From positions 189,162,001-189,226,000 of the forward strand of contig OZ024742.1 in the NCBI GenBank assembly GCA_964016885.1: 64,000 bases of DNA. Direction: 5' to 3'. Below are positions 14,928 to 29,223 of the stretch, piece after piece. Every line of letters starts with the position of its first letter. The stretch's first letter is position 1. This stretch comes from Eledone cirrhosa (lineage: Eukaryota). The translations under genes and the position numbers were made by a program. The notes under the pieces are model-generated. The model did not search any database and was not told the DNA's origin. It worked only from the letters and a program-made list of their open reading frames with translations.

Positions 14928-15017
14928 ACATATTACATGTTTCTCCGACGATCAGCTCAAGGCAGGATCTGTTACGGATCGAACCTGACTCTGCATTCGC
15001 AAGTTCCTCAGATATAT
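14928..15017 (-). ncRNA. Hammerhead ribozyme motif
   Basis: Reverse complement: ATATAT-CTGAGGA-long stem II region-GAAA-CATG-TA-ATATGT; palindromic stem III. Confidence 0.6.
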
Positions 15018-15148
15018 TTTGCGCTTTCAAAGCATTTCATCCGATTCTGCTCTTCGCGAGCATCGAGTACTCAAACGGCATACTGCCTATGGACGCATTT
15101 ATTGCAACCATACAACAACTATATATATACACATATATATACATACAT

Positions 15149-15241
<93 letters not shown>

Positions 15242-15246
15242 TATAC

Positions 15247-15297
<51 letters not shown>

Positions 15298-15432
15298 GGG
15301 GGGGGGTGCGTATGTATATATATATAAGTATATATATATATATAGATATAGATATATACTTATATATATATACATTTTATATATATATATAAATAAAATA
15401 ATACAATTCAAATTCTTAGAATCATGTTGGAG

Positions 15433-15567
<135 letters not shown>

Positions 15568-16004
15568 TGCTGTTGTTATTTATTTTAGAACCATTATTAA
15601 TCTAGAAATCAATAATTAAAATTCATGAACGTTGTATTACGTAGGGAAAAGAGTCATTTTCCTATTCTCCACTCTTTGGATGATCTATACTTTATTAATT
15701 ATATTTAGTTTTATGTTATTACGCCTTTTTTTAATTCCACGTGTAATTTAAATTTCTGTCTTAATGTATAAATATTCTTTTTTCTACCTCTACACATCTC
15801 TAAGCTATATGCTATTTTTTCGTAAAAATTGTTATTGCTATTACCATGTATACATGATTTATATATGCTATATATGTTTTACATAAGTTTTGCATAAGAT
15901 TTTATGTATTTTCCATCAAAGATTGTTACTATGGAATCGTTTTCAAGAAGCATTAACTCTTTGAAAATATAAAATATGAAAAATAATTTCAATTATTATT
16001 GTCA

Positions 16005-16045
<41 letters not shown>

Positions 16046-16311
16046 TCCATATATATATATATATTTGTATAGGTATATAGGGATTGATCCCATCTATGGT
16101 GGAAGTCATCTTATTATATCAAAATATATTTTTTATATAATATAGGATCTGTTATACGTAGGCTGAAATCAAATATATTGTTCAATACGATCTGATGTAT
16201 TTACTAAGTAGCAAATACCCTGCAAAAACCCTGAAAATATCCTAAAAATACCCACTGCTTTGTCTACACTCTTGCACTTCCCTTTTTTCCTTTCTTTTTA
16301 TACCTCTTCTG

Positions 16312-16387
<76 letters not shown>

Positions 16388-16836
16388 AAACCTTGTGGCC
16401 TTTTATTTTCAGCTCAGAAAATTCTACATATATATTTATTTTTATTTATCTATATGTGTGCACAAGCAAGCGTGTGTGAGAGAGAGTGTGTGTGTATGTG
16501 TATCGTTTTGACTATACGATATTATGACTTTGTTTTTTTATATTTAAACTTTTTAAAAAATGTTTAATCCCTATGCCATTGGGTATTCATGAGAATTTGT
16601 ATATGTTCGTGTTTAAGTGGTGAGCGAGTTGGGGACTTAGCAAATGTGTATGAGAGAGAAGAAGAGATGTCGTAAAATATGTTGCTATGAAAGAAGCTGG
16701 ACCTATTGTATGTGTATATCGTTAATGTATTATTACTTCTATGCGTTGAAAATAAATGGCTTTTGTCACTTTTTGAGCTAACATCATTTACGTCATACCG
16801 AGCTATGGTACATTTGAGAAGACGTATGCCATTGAA

Positions 16837-16882
<46 letters not shown>

Positions 16883-17056
16883 TTAATCTCGAAACTCCGA
16901 GTGGAGCTGTATATCAATACGGCGTTTCATATGGCATATTGTATGTACATATTATAAATAAATTCTCGAATCAACTACATGCTACCTAATGTTTCAAAGC
17001 ATTCTCTAACATAGCATTTAATGATCGTACATCTACTAGTGCTGCTTATTTTTCAG

Positions 17057-17089
17057 ACACTACCAAGATGAGTGACATCGGCCATTTTG
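17057..17089 (+). CDS. Host gene micro-exon D (33 nt), DUF5648-like YTT..DIG
   Basis: CTTATTTTTCAG acceptor, TTG|GTATCG donor. Encodes (Y)TTKMSDIGHF(G) and completes DNF-YTT with exon C. Confidence 0.7.
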
Positions 17090-17753
17090 GTATCGCCTAA
17101 AAAATAAGCAACACTGGTAGATATACAGTTTCTCAGATCCATGCTAGAATAGGCTTTGAAACCTTGGGTTATATATAATAATATACTTTAGCTCTGTACG
17201 TAAGCGATCTTTTACTTTTATCGAGACTACGGAACCTCAGGACACTACACTCACATACACACACGCACACATTATAGATAAATGACTTCTACATGACCAG
17301 AACTGTTTCAATCGTTTGAAATCATACGAAGGAAGTAGTTCTAGTCCTGTTAAAGCCATTGCTATATTCAACAAATATGTATATATTCTATCAACGTATA
17401 GAGTACCGATTTTAACTGTGGTCATCTACCAATACCTATCGGGAATCCATTATGTTGAAATATGTAAACTAATGTATATTTTATTTTAGATGTGTATCTA
17501 TACCAGTGATTCATGAGAAACAGAACTCATAGTTTAAGGCGTCACCTAGAATATTAACCTTTCCAATGTCATACACGAGAAATAGCTCTTTCTGTTAATA
17601 TATATTATAACTGTTCATTTATTTTCTCCGTCCGTCACACAAACCTAACGCTGTGATAAACGTACAGGTTTTTTTTTTATTCATAATCCTTGGGACACAA
17701 ATTTAAGACAAAATGTGTTATGGTCCACCTGGTTCCTTACCACATTTACTTCG

Positions 17754-17825
<72 letters not shown>

Positions 17826-17832
<7 letters not shown>

Positions 17833-17960
17833 TAACTGATTAAAGCAAAGAATCGTTGCTTTCGCCCTCAACGGGATCTTCTGAAACTCAGTTTCTGAAC
17901 CTGCTAAGGGTGAAAGCAGCGATTCTTTGCTTACTTAAACTTTAATCTGTTATTGTAATA
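17826..17960. mobile_element. Short fold-back family D (another end at 63950-64000)
   Basis: AAGCAAAGAATCGTTGCTTTC / GAAAGCAGCGATTCTTTGCTT inverted arms; decayed core CAGAAGA-TCCC..GGGC-GAAA on the minus strand. Confidence 0.55.
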
Positions 17961-18057
17961 AGTATTTGCTCTATGGTTTTTATATATTTTTGATATATAT
18001 ATATATATTATCCTTATCGAGGACTCTTCGGATTTTAGTCTTCACATTTATTAGTAT

Positions 18058-18121
<64 letters not shown>

Positions 18122-18160
18122 TTGTGCATGTATGTATATATATATTTATATATATATATA

Positions 18161-18528
18161 CGATATTAAACAAATGGAAACTATATTTATAAAACCATAT
18201 TTATTTTGTTATATATATTTCTGGGATATCATATTAAAAATATGTTATGCCTAAAAATCAACTTTTTAAAAGGAAGTTGCATTATTACAAGGTATGTCAC
18301 TAATTATTTATAAAACAGCTTATGTATTGTATTTTGTCTGAGGAAGGCATAACATATTTTTAATATGATATCCCAGAAATATATATATCGAAATAAATAT
18401 GGTTTTATGAATATAGTTTCCATTTGTTTAATATCGTAAACCTACTCCAGAAACTGTTGAGTGCTTTTATATCAGTTATAAAATATTTACTCGTTGTAAC
18501 CCAACAATCTTAAATAAAACTTTTGCAT
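18161..18528. mobile_element. Fold-back HHR element family C (HHR on + strand at 18330-18395, CTGAGGA core)
   Basis: Inverted arm 18161-18252 versus 18345-18437; homologous to 18976-19243 and 46929-47190. Confidence 0.75.
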
Positions 18529-18709
18529 ATATATATATATTTATATATATATATATATACATATAAATAGGTTTTTATATATATATATGCATATATATAT
18601 ATATAAATAAGTTTTTATATATATATGCATATATATATAATACATTTACATATCCATGTATTCATGTATTCATGCATATTCATATATGTATATATATATT
18701 GTGTGTGTG

Positions 18710-18784
<75 letters not shown>

Positions 18785-18926
18785 CAATATTCGAAAAGGG
18801 GAAGAGTATAACTCGTATTAGCGCCTGAAGAAAGGTCACTAATTTGATGATTATTGTATTCTGGGGGTATGGTCAAATTTGGAAACCTTGAGTAGCGTGT
18901 TTGATCCGTGTATGAACATAAATAAC

Positions 18927-18980
<54 letters not shown>

Positions 18981-19019
18981 ATATTAAATAAATGGAGACT
19001 ATATTTATAAAACCATATT

Positions 19020-19082
19020 TATTTTATTATATATATTTCAAGGGTACCAAAACACTTTGGTACGCTTTCTTCAGATAAAATA
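19020..19082 (-). ncRNA. Intact type I hammerhead ribozyme, family C
   Basis: Reverse complement: TATTTTAT-CTGAAGA-AAGCGTACCAAA gtgt TTTGGTACCCTT-GAAA-TATATA-TA-ATAAAATA. Confidence 0.85.
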
Positions 19083-19239
19083 CAAAGTGTGTTTTATGAA
19101 TAGAGACATACCCAGGAAAATCATGCCATATCAGTTGGATATTCTCTGGATAATCAGGAATTTGTTGAGTGCTCTAAATCAGTTATAAACATTTATATTT
19201 ATATTTGTCGGATTTCCAACAAATTAAATACCCCTTCTA

Positions 19240-19298
<59 letters not shown>

Positions 19299-19611
19299 GT
19301 GTAAGCGTGTAATTCCATAAACATAGCTTTGTTAAAATTTGTGAAGAAATGCAATATTACTTATTCCGTTCGTAAAACAATCTGTTATGTACGAGATGTA
19401 ATAAGTCTTGTGTTAATTTACAAATGGATTGTATCTCACATGATACATTATACATTATATCACACTTTTCATGTTGTTTGTGTGAAAAAGTTTTCCAGTC
19501 ACATTACCCTCACTTCAGAGACAGTGAGCTGGGGGTTTTTTCTGTTGTTTAATTACATTAATATATAATTTAAAAAAGAGCCAATTTTAGGTATTGTTTC
19601 TTTTTTCACAG

Positions 19612-19620
19612 GAACGCCAG
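19612..19620 (+). CDS. Host gene 9-nt micro-exon E
   Basis: TTTCTTTTTTCACAG|GAACGCCAG|GTGAAT; phase 1/1. Encodes G-T-P-(x), matching the IG...TPG segment of DUF5648 repeats. Confidence 0.6.
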
Positions 19621-19909
19621 GTGAATGCTTTGTTCTAAGTATATTAATATCTTTATTTATATATCATAATATATATAGGTGTGTGTGTGCGTGTGTGTGT
19701 TATGAAAGTCTACGCATTGCACTCTACATATGAGTGTACTTATACTGAGGCAAGTGGAAAAGTTAAATCATCTCATGGCAGTAATGCATTAGCTTTAGTA
19801 CTTTGTCATCAGAAGAAGTGGGGTAGGTGTAATAGCCAGACAGGCTATCTTCAATTCAGTGTTTATGCATACGCTTACCCCTTGTTATTAATCTTAGTTA
19901 ATTACCGAA

Positions 19910-20122
19910 CGAAAACGATCGCAGGTTAAAGAGACTGAAATGAGGTTCGTCCGAAAAGTCTTTGGAGTAGCATTACTCGATAAGTTGCGTAGCTCGTAGA
20001 TAAGAGAGTCGCTTCAGGTAGAGCTGGTATTTCTCCGAATCAAGTGATCATAGTGCAAACACTACGGACATGTATTAATAAGGTCTAAGCAAAGAATTGA
20101 TTGACAGATATTATAGGCAACC
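19910..20122 (+). mobile_element. RTE-clade LINE C-terminal fragment
   Basis: ETEMRFVRKVFGVALLDKLRSS*IRESLQVE...YGHV, with stops. Confidence 0.7.
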
Positions 20123-20130
20123 TTCAGTTA

Positions 20131-20652
20131 CTCTTAGGTCTTGAATAATCTTCCCAATCCCCGTTTATTAATTTTTCAGATTTTTCGAACGCCCTGCTTA
20201 TTAAATTTCGGTAATCTATCTCCAGCGAAATTTTATTTTAAGTAGTAGTATTTCTGCGACAATTAATTTTCTTTAAACATTAAAAAAAAAAATTATACAT
20301 GACAAAAAAAAGTACATTATTAGAAATCCCATACGTTATAAAATAAATAAAATGGGTTGGAGTCTCAATATGTAAATTAAACGACTGATTCTGGTTTTTT
20401 AAAAAAATCAACGGAAACAGCCTAGAAAAATTACCGTTTATTGCAACCCCCTGGCAGTATCGGTAGATGGTCGGACGTTAAAATCCCGCCGGGGTTAACT
20501 TTGCCTTTCATCTTTACGGGAGTCGATAAAATAAAGTATCAGTAATGCACTGGAGTAATTACTGGCCTTGTGCCAAAAGTAGAAACAATTATTCAGCACT
20601 CACCCTTACATATTCCACACAGACCCCTATTATTTGGGTAGTTAATCGAGAG
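20131..20652. mobile_element. TA-targeting MITE with a nested SINE (20452-20590); second copy at 45440-45731
   Basis: TA-CTCT..TCTTGAATAATC start and CCCTATTATTTGGG..CGAGAG-TA end are shared by both copies. Confidence 0.6.
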
Positions 20653-20859
20653 TAGTTGATCGAACAAATGAATGCTCATAGTTAAAACCGACGGAGGACC
20701 TGTCATATTATCTAATACCATAGGAAATTATTGATTTCTTTTGGTCTTCTTTGAAGTGTATTCGATTCAACATCAAGTTCTTTATGATCAGATGATTGTC
20801 TTATGTGATACTATTCACGGTGATATTATAATAATAGTAATAATAATAATAACAGAACA

Positions 20860-22098
20860 ATCGTAGTAGTGGTGGTAGTAGTGGTGGTAGTTTTAGTGGT
20901 GGTGGTGGTGGAGGTTGTGCTGGTTGTTGTGGTTGTGATGCTGGTGGTTGGTGGTAGTAGTGGTGGTGGTTTTAGTGGTGGTGGTGGTGGTGGTTGTGGT
21001 GGTTGTTGTGGTTGTGATAGTGGTGGTTGGTGGTAGTAGTGGTGGTGGTTTTAGTGGTGGTGGTGGTGGTGGTGGTGGTGGTGGTGGTGGTGGAGGTTGT
21101 GCTGGTTGTTGTGGTTGTAATAGTGTTGGTGGTTTTCGTGGTGGTAGTGGTCGTGGTGGTGGTGGTAGTGGTGTGGTGTAATGGTGGTGGTTTTGGTGAT
21201 GGTAGTGTTAGTGGTGGTGGGGGTTTTAGTGGTGGGTAGGGGTAGTGGTAGTGATGGTATTAGTTGTGACTGTGGTGGTGTGACAACAGCAACAAACAAC
21301 TATAACAACAAGAATAACGACAACAATAGCCACAACAACAACAATAGTCATAACTAAGGCTACAATAACAACTGAAACAATAGCTACAACAACAACAGCT
21401 ACAACAATAGCTACAACAACAACAGCTACTACAACAACAACAACAGCTACTACAACAACAACAACAGCTACAACAACAACTGCTACTACAACAACAACAA
21501 CAGCTACAACAACAGCTACAACAACAACTACAACAAAAGCTACAACTACAACAACAGCTACAACAACAACAACGCTACAACAACAACAGCTACAACTACA
21601 ACAACAACAACAGCTGCAACTACAACAGCTACAACAACAGCTACAACAACAACAGCTACAACAACAGCTACAACAACAGCTACAACAACAACAACTACAA
21701 CAACAGCTACAACAACAGCTACAACAACAGCTACAACAACAACAGCTACAACAACAACAACTACAACAACAGCTAAAACAACAACTACAACAACAGCTAC
21801 AACAACAACAACGCTACAACAACAACAGCTACAACTACAACAACAACAACAGCTGCAACTACAACAGCTACAACAACAACAGCTACAACAACAGCTACAA
21901 CAACAGCTACAACAACTACAACAACAGCTACAACAACAACAACTACAACAACAGCTACAACAACAACAACTACAACAACAACAGCTACAACAACAGCTAC
22001 AACAACAATTACAACAACAACAACAGCTACAACAACAGCTACAACAACAGCTACAACAACAGCTACAACAACAACAGCTACAACAACAACAGCTACAG
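20860..22098. repeat. Low-complexity (GGT/TGT)n followed by (ACA/GCT)n trinucleotide arrays
   Basis: Direct inspection. Confidence 0.95.
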
Positions 22099-22782
22099 AT
22101 AGGAGAATGGATGGGTGGATGTATAGAAGGGAAGGGTGGATGTATAGGAGAATGGATGGGTGGATGTATAGGAGAATGGATGGGTGGATGTATAGAAGGG
22201 AAGGGTGGATGTATAGGAGAATGGAAGGGTGGAAGTATAGGAGAATGGATGGGTGGATGTATAGGAGAATGGATGGGTGGATGTATAGAAGGGAAGGGTG
22301 GATGTATAGGAGAATGGATGGGTGGATGTATAGGAGAATGGATGGGTGGATGTATAGGAGAATGGATGGGTGGATGTATAGGAGAATGGAAGGTTGGATG
22401 TATAGGAGAATGGATGGGTGGATGTATAGGAGAATGGATGGGTGTATGTATAGGAGAATGGATGGGTGGATGTATAGGAGAATGGATGGGTGGATGTATA
22501 GGAGAATGGATGGGTGGATGTATAGGAGAATGGATGGGTGGATGTATAGGAGAATGGATGGGTGGATGTATAGGAGAATGGAAGGGTGGATGTATAGGAG
22601 AATGGATGAGTGGATGTATAGGAGAATGGAAGGGTGGATGTATAGGAGAATGGATGGGTGGATGTATAGGAGAATGGATGGGTGGATGTATAGGAGAATG
22701 GATGGGTGGATGTATAGGAGAATGGAAGGGTGGATGTATAGGAGAATGGATGGGTGGATGTATAGGAGAATGGATGGGTGGA
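22099..22782. repeat. 24-bp minisatellite (ATAGGAGAATGGATGGGTGGATGT) with 21-bp variants
   Basis: About 29 tandem units; gives the spurious MDGWMYRR ORFs. Confidence 0.95.
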
Positions 22783-23201
22783 TTGATGAGTTTCTGTTAG
22801 GATAGATAAGTAAAAGGGATATGAGTGAAACGAATCTACTGGTAGATAGTCGACTGGTTAGATAGATTAACTCACTCACAAAAAACATAATGCATCCTTC
22901 TTAGATATATAGAGAGGCATAGTATATAGGGAATGACTTTGTCAGGCTTTATGGTTGTATTGACAATTGGACACGTGAATAATAAAATGAGATGGAGAAA
23001 TATTCGGAGATATTTATGGATGGAATTTACTGGATGTATCGAAGCTCTACTGAATGGATTGATAGCTGGATTGATGAAATGGAAGAGTTGGACAGAAGAA
23101 AGACTAAAAAGAAAGCAAAAATAAACGAATAGATCAATTGCAATCGGAAAACCCATTTGTGCACTTATTTTACATTTCATCATCATCATCATCATCATTA
23201 T

Positions 23202-23263
<62 letters not shown>

Positions 23264-23657
23264 ATGGTATTAGCTTCTATCATTTCCTCGTTACTTAAGA
23301 AAAACGTCACTATGGTTACCTGAAGTGAAGTTTTCTTATTTCTTATTTATTATTTTATGTTTAATTTTTTTAATTTTTTTTTTCTATTCTTATCTACTTA
23401 ATAACCCTATCACAAGCTACATTTTACTACAGTAGCAGTTTTAAATATAAAGAAGTAAGAAGACAAAAGAAAAGACAGCCCTTGTCTATATATTCCTGTA
23501 CGATCCTCCAGCTAAAAGCTGAATCAGAGCATTTCTGTTGTGCTGACAGACTGCAAATCTGATCTTAAGAATATTCTTATTCTCCTTCTTTCCTTGCCAT
23601 TACTATTACGATTATTACTATTATTATTATTACTATTATTATTATTACTGTGATTAA

Positions 23658-23712
<55 letters not shown>

Positions 23713-23910
23713 ATTGCTGTTGTTGTTGTTGTTGTTATAATTTTGGTAGAAATTAATTCCAAAGCACTCTGTTGTTGAAAAAGATTAAGAAATTGGTGAA
23801 AGAATACGAAGTAAAATAAAAGATGAAGAATAGAATATAAATATAGAATGATGAGAGATGAGGAAATGAAGATTGTAAAAGTAACATTGTTCCAGTTCCT
23901 CCTCCTCCTT

Positions 23911-24110
23911 NNNNNNNNNNNNNNNNNNNNNNNNNNNNNNNNNNNNNNNNNNNNNNNNNNNNNNNNNNNNNNNNNNNNNNNNNNNNNNNNNNNNNNNNNN
24001 NNNNNNNNNNNNNNNNNNNNNNNNNNNNNNNNNNNNNNNNNNNNNNNNNNNNNNNNNNNNNNNNNNNNNNNNNNNNNNNNNNNNNNNNNNNNNNNNNNNN
24101 NNNNNNNNNN
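23911..24110. other. Assembly gap (200 N)
   Basis: Run of N. Confidence 1.
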
Positions 24111-24129
24111 TTATTATTATGATTATTTT

Positions 24130-24188
<59 letters not shown>

Positions 24189-24343
24189 ACAACAATACAG
24201 CAAAATATTATAGATTGGAATAATAACACCAACAACAACAATAATATTCTAGATTTATAACGCTATATAACGATAATGATAATCATATTATACTAACGTT
24301 GATGTAAATAATGATGTTGATGATGGTGATGGAAATAATAATA

Positions 24344-24385
<42 letters not shown>

Positions 24386-24386
<1 letters not shown>

Positions 24387-24921
24387 TCCACTGGCACCTG
24401 TGCAAAGTAAACAATCTACCACATTCTGAGAAATGGTATGAGCATAGGCCAGAGGCGGTGATGGAGAACAGTCAGGTGAAGGTGCTGTGGGATTTTAGGA
24501 TACAGACGGACAAAAAACTGGAACACAATAGACCTGACCTGGTGGTTGTGGACAAAGAAAAAAGATCGTGCCTGATTGTGGATGTGGCCTGCCCGTTCGA
24601 CACGAGAGTGCAAGAGAAGGAGAGGGAGAAAATTAACCGATACCAGGACCTAAAGTGGGAGGTGAAAAGGATTTGGAACTGCCATGAAGTCAAAGTGATC
24701 CCGATTGTCATAGGCGCACTGGGGACTATCTCCAAAGGTTTCCAGGGATGGTTAAAGAAAATCGGCCCCTTCACGCTTTTTGGAACGCTTCAAAAGGCAT
24801 GCTTGCTTGGAACGGCAAGAACCCTCCGATACGTCCTGAATATCTGAGGCTGCAGGTAGTGGCTTGATATTCAATCCAACGGACTTTCCAGTTAACCAAC
24901 ATCAATGACTGAGATTCAAGG
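24386..24921 (+). mobile_element. 5'-truncated R4/Dong-like non-LTR retrotransposon (restriction-like endonuclease domain) in (TAA)n
   Basis: Uninterrupted IHWHLCK...KWYEHRPE..KVLWDFRIQTD...HNRPDLVVVDK...IVDVACP...EKINRYQDL...PIVIGALG, stop at 24847; (AAT)n on both sides. Confidence 0.9.
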
Positions 24922-24933
24922 AATAACAATAAC

Positions 24934-24964
<31 letters not shown>

Positions 24965-25014
24965 GCAACAACAAATGGCATGTGATTATTTACTTACATG
25001 TAGAGATGAATATA

Positions 25015-25073
<59 letters not shown>

Positions 25074-26192
25074 AGAAAGAGAGAGTTGGATCTACATCAA
25101 ATATTTCGCATATAATCAGACACATATATATATATAGAGAGAGAGAGAAGGGGAGAGAGAGAAAATGAGACTATATATATATATATAAAAAACTGCTCAG
25201 CATGATTAGTATTAAAGCAAACGAAAGTATATTATGCAGAAATGCATGAAGAAATACTGTGATATACAAAAAGATTTTGTTTAAATTCAGCAAATCAATA
25301 ATTTCCGTGAGAAAAATCTAGAAATATTATTGAATTTTATTCAATCTTCCGGTCTAATCAAATTTTTTTTCCATTTTCTCACTTTGTATTCTCATTTTTT
25401 ATACTTGTATTGTGAAATCTTTACGTATTAAAAGGATTTAGTTACCACATTTCTAATAAAAGACACTATCTATAGTTTTCAAATCATTTTGACAATAATC
25501 AAGAATTTGAAAGGTTTAGTAATATAATTAATTTTCTCATTATGAAACTGGAGTTTAGAACATGACTTATCAAAGACTGTTACTTAAACATCAAGTTGGT
25601 CGGCTTTTAGATAGATATGAACATTTAAAATAAATAGAGCTCAGAATTAGTTACTTTCCTTGTTGTATTTTTTTTAACCTGCAAATATTGGCGTTCTCGA
25701 CCTAAGAGAAAATTTACTGACAGGGAGTAAATTTTCTCTAGTGAATGAGGTAGTGGTACAGGTATCTGATCCCCATTTGAGGTCCATAAGTAGGAGGAAT
25801 AGTTCTGTTGTGTTCTGTTATAGTGATTTGAAGCTAAAATAGTATTCGTAAAAACCTGTACTTTTTTTTTATTTCTATTCGAGGTTTCACTATTGTAGTT
25901 AAGACATAAACTCAAATAACTCGACAAAATAGAGTGAATATATTGTCGAAAAGATGGTGCAGAGTAAACGGGTATAAAAAGCTAGTTTTTAAATTTAATT
26001 TATGTCGCACGCAGTGTACCTGTTTTGTGGGTAGGGTTCATTGTAGGATTATGGGTTTCATTTATTTGGGTTCGTAGATTAGTTATATGTGTGTGTGTGT
26101 GTGTGTGTGCGTGCGAACGGAAATAACAAAACAAATAACACAGTACAATGAAAAAATATATTAGTTTAACGCTTGATAGTGTTGGAAAAGAT

Positions 26193-26228
26193 TATTTACA
26201 TTTCGGACAATAGTCCTTCATCAGAAGA
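26193..26228 (-). ncRNA. Minimal hammerhead ribozyme, family A (element ~26117-26325)
   Basis: Reverse complement: TCTT-CTGATGA-A-GGAC tatt GTCC-GAAA-TGT-A-AATA. Confidence 0.6.
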
Positions 26229-26342
26229 GAGAAAGAGAAATAAAAGTTGAAATAGAAAGATAAAGAGTGAGAAGAGGAAGAAAGGGAAAAGAATTTTTGA
26301 AAAAAAGCACGTCTGTATTCAGTCAATTTTATATATATATAC

Positions 26343-26466
<124 letters not shown>

Positions 26467-27073
26467 GGGTACATACAAGTATATATGTGTGTGTGTATAT
26501 GTATGTATGTGTATATGCAAGTATGTATGTATGCGTTAGTAGAATACGGGTATTAAAAATAGATATTCACAGTAATTCTGTGATTAGATTATGTGTAAGA
26601 TTGAAGGAAATTCAATAATGTTTGTATATTACTGAGATACTCACTGACGCATGCACACGCTCACACACACACTCACGCACGCACGCGCACACACGCACAC
26701 ACACACACACATTCATGTCCATTCATGTTGACATCTCTTGCAAAACTGTGGGTCCTGGCGTTTTGTGTATGATTTATTTTTTAGAAAAGTGGATGATGGA
26801 AATTGTCTGTTGCTTAAGAGAGATCATATCCAAGAACACATTTTTTTATATAGTAATTTTCTTCGTTGATGGAGTGAGGCGAGGATCGAAAAAATTATGA
26901 ACTAATAGTAAATATAATTTATATCAAAATATATGTGAACAAACGTTCAACTGAATTGCCGAAATTAGTTTAAATAAATATCACACATTATTCACACATG
27001 TAATGGACAACCGTCGTTTCTAAAATGTGTGTTCCCCTGTTTCTCTGTCTTTATGTATCGATGTGTGTTTGTT

Positions 27074-27145
<72 letters not shown>

Positions 27146-27163
27146 CGTGTGTGCGTGTGTGTG

Positions 27164-27195
<32 letters not shown>

Positions 27196-28817
27196 CGTGC
27201 GCGTGCGCGTGTGTGTGTAAAAAAAACCTCATATATCATGTTACTCTTTCGCACAGCTCACCTTAAATCGATTATACTACCGTGTTGTGCAGTGATGTAG
27301 AAATCCAGTGAAGCAATGATAAAAAATTCACAACATAAAAATCTCTGGATCTCATCACTCTTCTGAAATCAATACCATATCATTGATGTATTTTAGTCGA
27401 TAGTTATCAAATGCTTGACGTCGATTCTTTATCGTCTGTAAAAATATATCTTTTGCCCACTATAAGATGACAGTCTTTTCCCTTCAGTCTTTCGTCATAT
27501 TTTATCTGTAAATATATGGCATGACATGGTTGTGTTACACCCGAGGGAGTCGTAGGAGCATCGTAGTGTCATACGGCATTTCTAGGGTATTTTTAAAACC
27601 TGGTGGTGTTCAACCCTCTTCATGTCTGGATGCAGCAGATTTCTGCCACAGAAGGATTGAGAGTGATAGAAGGAGGAATTGAGAAAGATATATAGAGGAA
27701 GAATCAATCCCAGTACTACAAGGGTACTTTTTATATCGACCTCGAATGGATGAAAGGCAAAGTTGACCTCGGCGGGATTTGAACTCATGCATGCATGAGG
27801 CCCTAAACGCTTGATAGTGTCGAATCAGCTCCGTACAGATATATGGTGTGTCTTGGACATTTAAATTTGGTGAAAATTATGCTTCTCCAGATCTTGATGC
27901 AGCCAATTTTGTCCAGAGAGTGGAAGTGAGATGGGGATAGAATCGGCCCCTGGACTTGTATATTACAGCCTTCGAAAGAATGAAATGCAAATTTGGGTTA
28001 AATCCCAGATAGCTGAAACAAATATGGCATTTTATCTGACCTTCTAAATTCACTGCCTTGTAAATGATTGGTTGGTCGACAAATATAGCTTTTACCTGCG
28101 AATGCGGTTATGGCTAAGTGGTTCACTGGTTTGCTTCACACTCATGCAGTCACTGGTTCGATTACATAGTGAACACCAGAAATGTCGATTGGATTGTGCC
28201 TGTACTTCAAAGTTCCGATTTTGTTACACTCATTCGGTTTATGGTTTATGTTAAGGTTACACGTGTTTGTGGAACACTCAACCACTTATATTTAACTCAC
28301 GAATCGGACATTTACCCAATTTAACTCACATGGGATCCTAGTTTATAGTAAATGACACTTACAAGATTCCCCGCAGTAGGATTGAACCCGAGACCTTATG
28401 GTTCCTAAGCGAACTTCTTAATCCCTCAGCCATGTCTGTGTCCAATACTTGCAATGTGCACCGGAATACCGAAGTTTTCTTCGAAGACAGAATCGATTGT
28501 GTTCTCAATCAAGGCCTTTTTCCTATTGTCATCATATCGTTAAATCTTTCAAATTGAGAAAACTGTCAAAATCTTGTCTGACTGTTCGTGACACGTGAGT
28601 GACACATCGTTAAAAATAAGTTTGGAAAACATTAAACATACTTATTTCTATATTTGGAAATGAGTCTCAAACTCGAATCGATTCTTTTCTTATGGATGTG
28701 TACGGATATATTGTATTCTTTTATAACACATGGATCAGGTTGTTGAGTTGAGACGTGAATTCGGTCACACCATGTTCTATTTCAATACAGTTATGCATGT
28801 AGTTATATCTATGTAGG

Positions 28818-28848
<31 letters not shown>

Positions 28849-29035
28849 CGTTTCGGAATTTGTTTAGCAAGATTCTTTTTCTTTATCTGAAAACGTGTGT
28901 TGAAACCGATATTGTTATACTTTGGGAGGGTCATGTTGCCAATAAGAAACACACGCACCAGTAGCTTTCACTTCAATTTATTATAAATTTCCGGTTGGCT
29001 GGTTGGTTCCACAACCGGATGGTTGTTCATATATT

Positions 29036-29078
29036 GTCTAAGTTCTTTCGTCACACATTCTGTGACCTCTTCAGTGAC
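29036..29078 (-). ncRNA. Minimal hammerhead ribozyme, family H (element ~28848-29150)
   Basis: Reverse complement: GTCA-CTGAAGA-G-GTCAC agaatgt GTGAC-GAAA-GAAC-TT-AGAC. Confidence 0.7.
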
Positions 29079-29164
29079 TGAGGATTATTTTCTTTGTTTT
29101 GTGCCTCTCCTTTGTTCTGTCCTACGCCATCTTGTTTTTTCCAACCAACCAACCGTGTGTGTGA

Positions 29165-29223
<59 letters not shown>

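Noticed and set aside
19811-19820. Possible 10-nt exon AAGAAGTGGG (EEVG)
   Set aside because: Poor pyrimidine tract and no phase-matched partner found.
21797-22888. 363-aa, 232-aa and 229-aa ORFs (HPSILLYI, MDGWMYRR repeats; superficially reflectin-like in Met/Tyr/Arg/Trp content)
   Set aside because: Minisatellite translation with no reflectin motif, no synonymous-site variation pattern and no splice context.
27525-27567. HGCVTPEGVVG resembling the GY..EGIVG part of DUF5648
   Set aside because: No suitable splice sites, an in-frame stop follows, and it sits at the edge of repeat-derived sequence.
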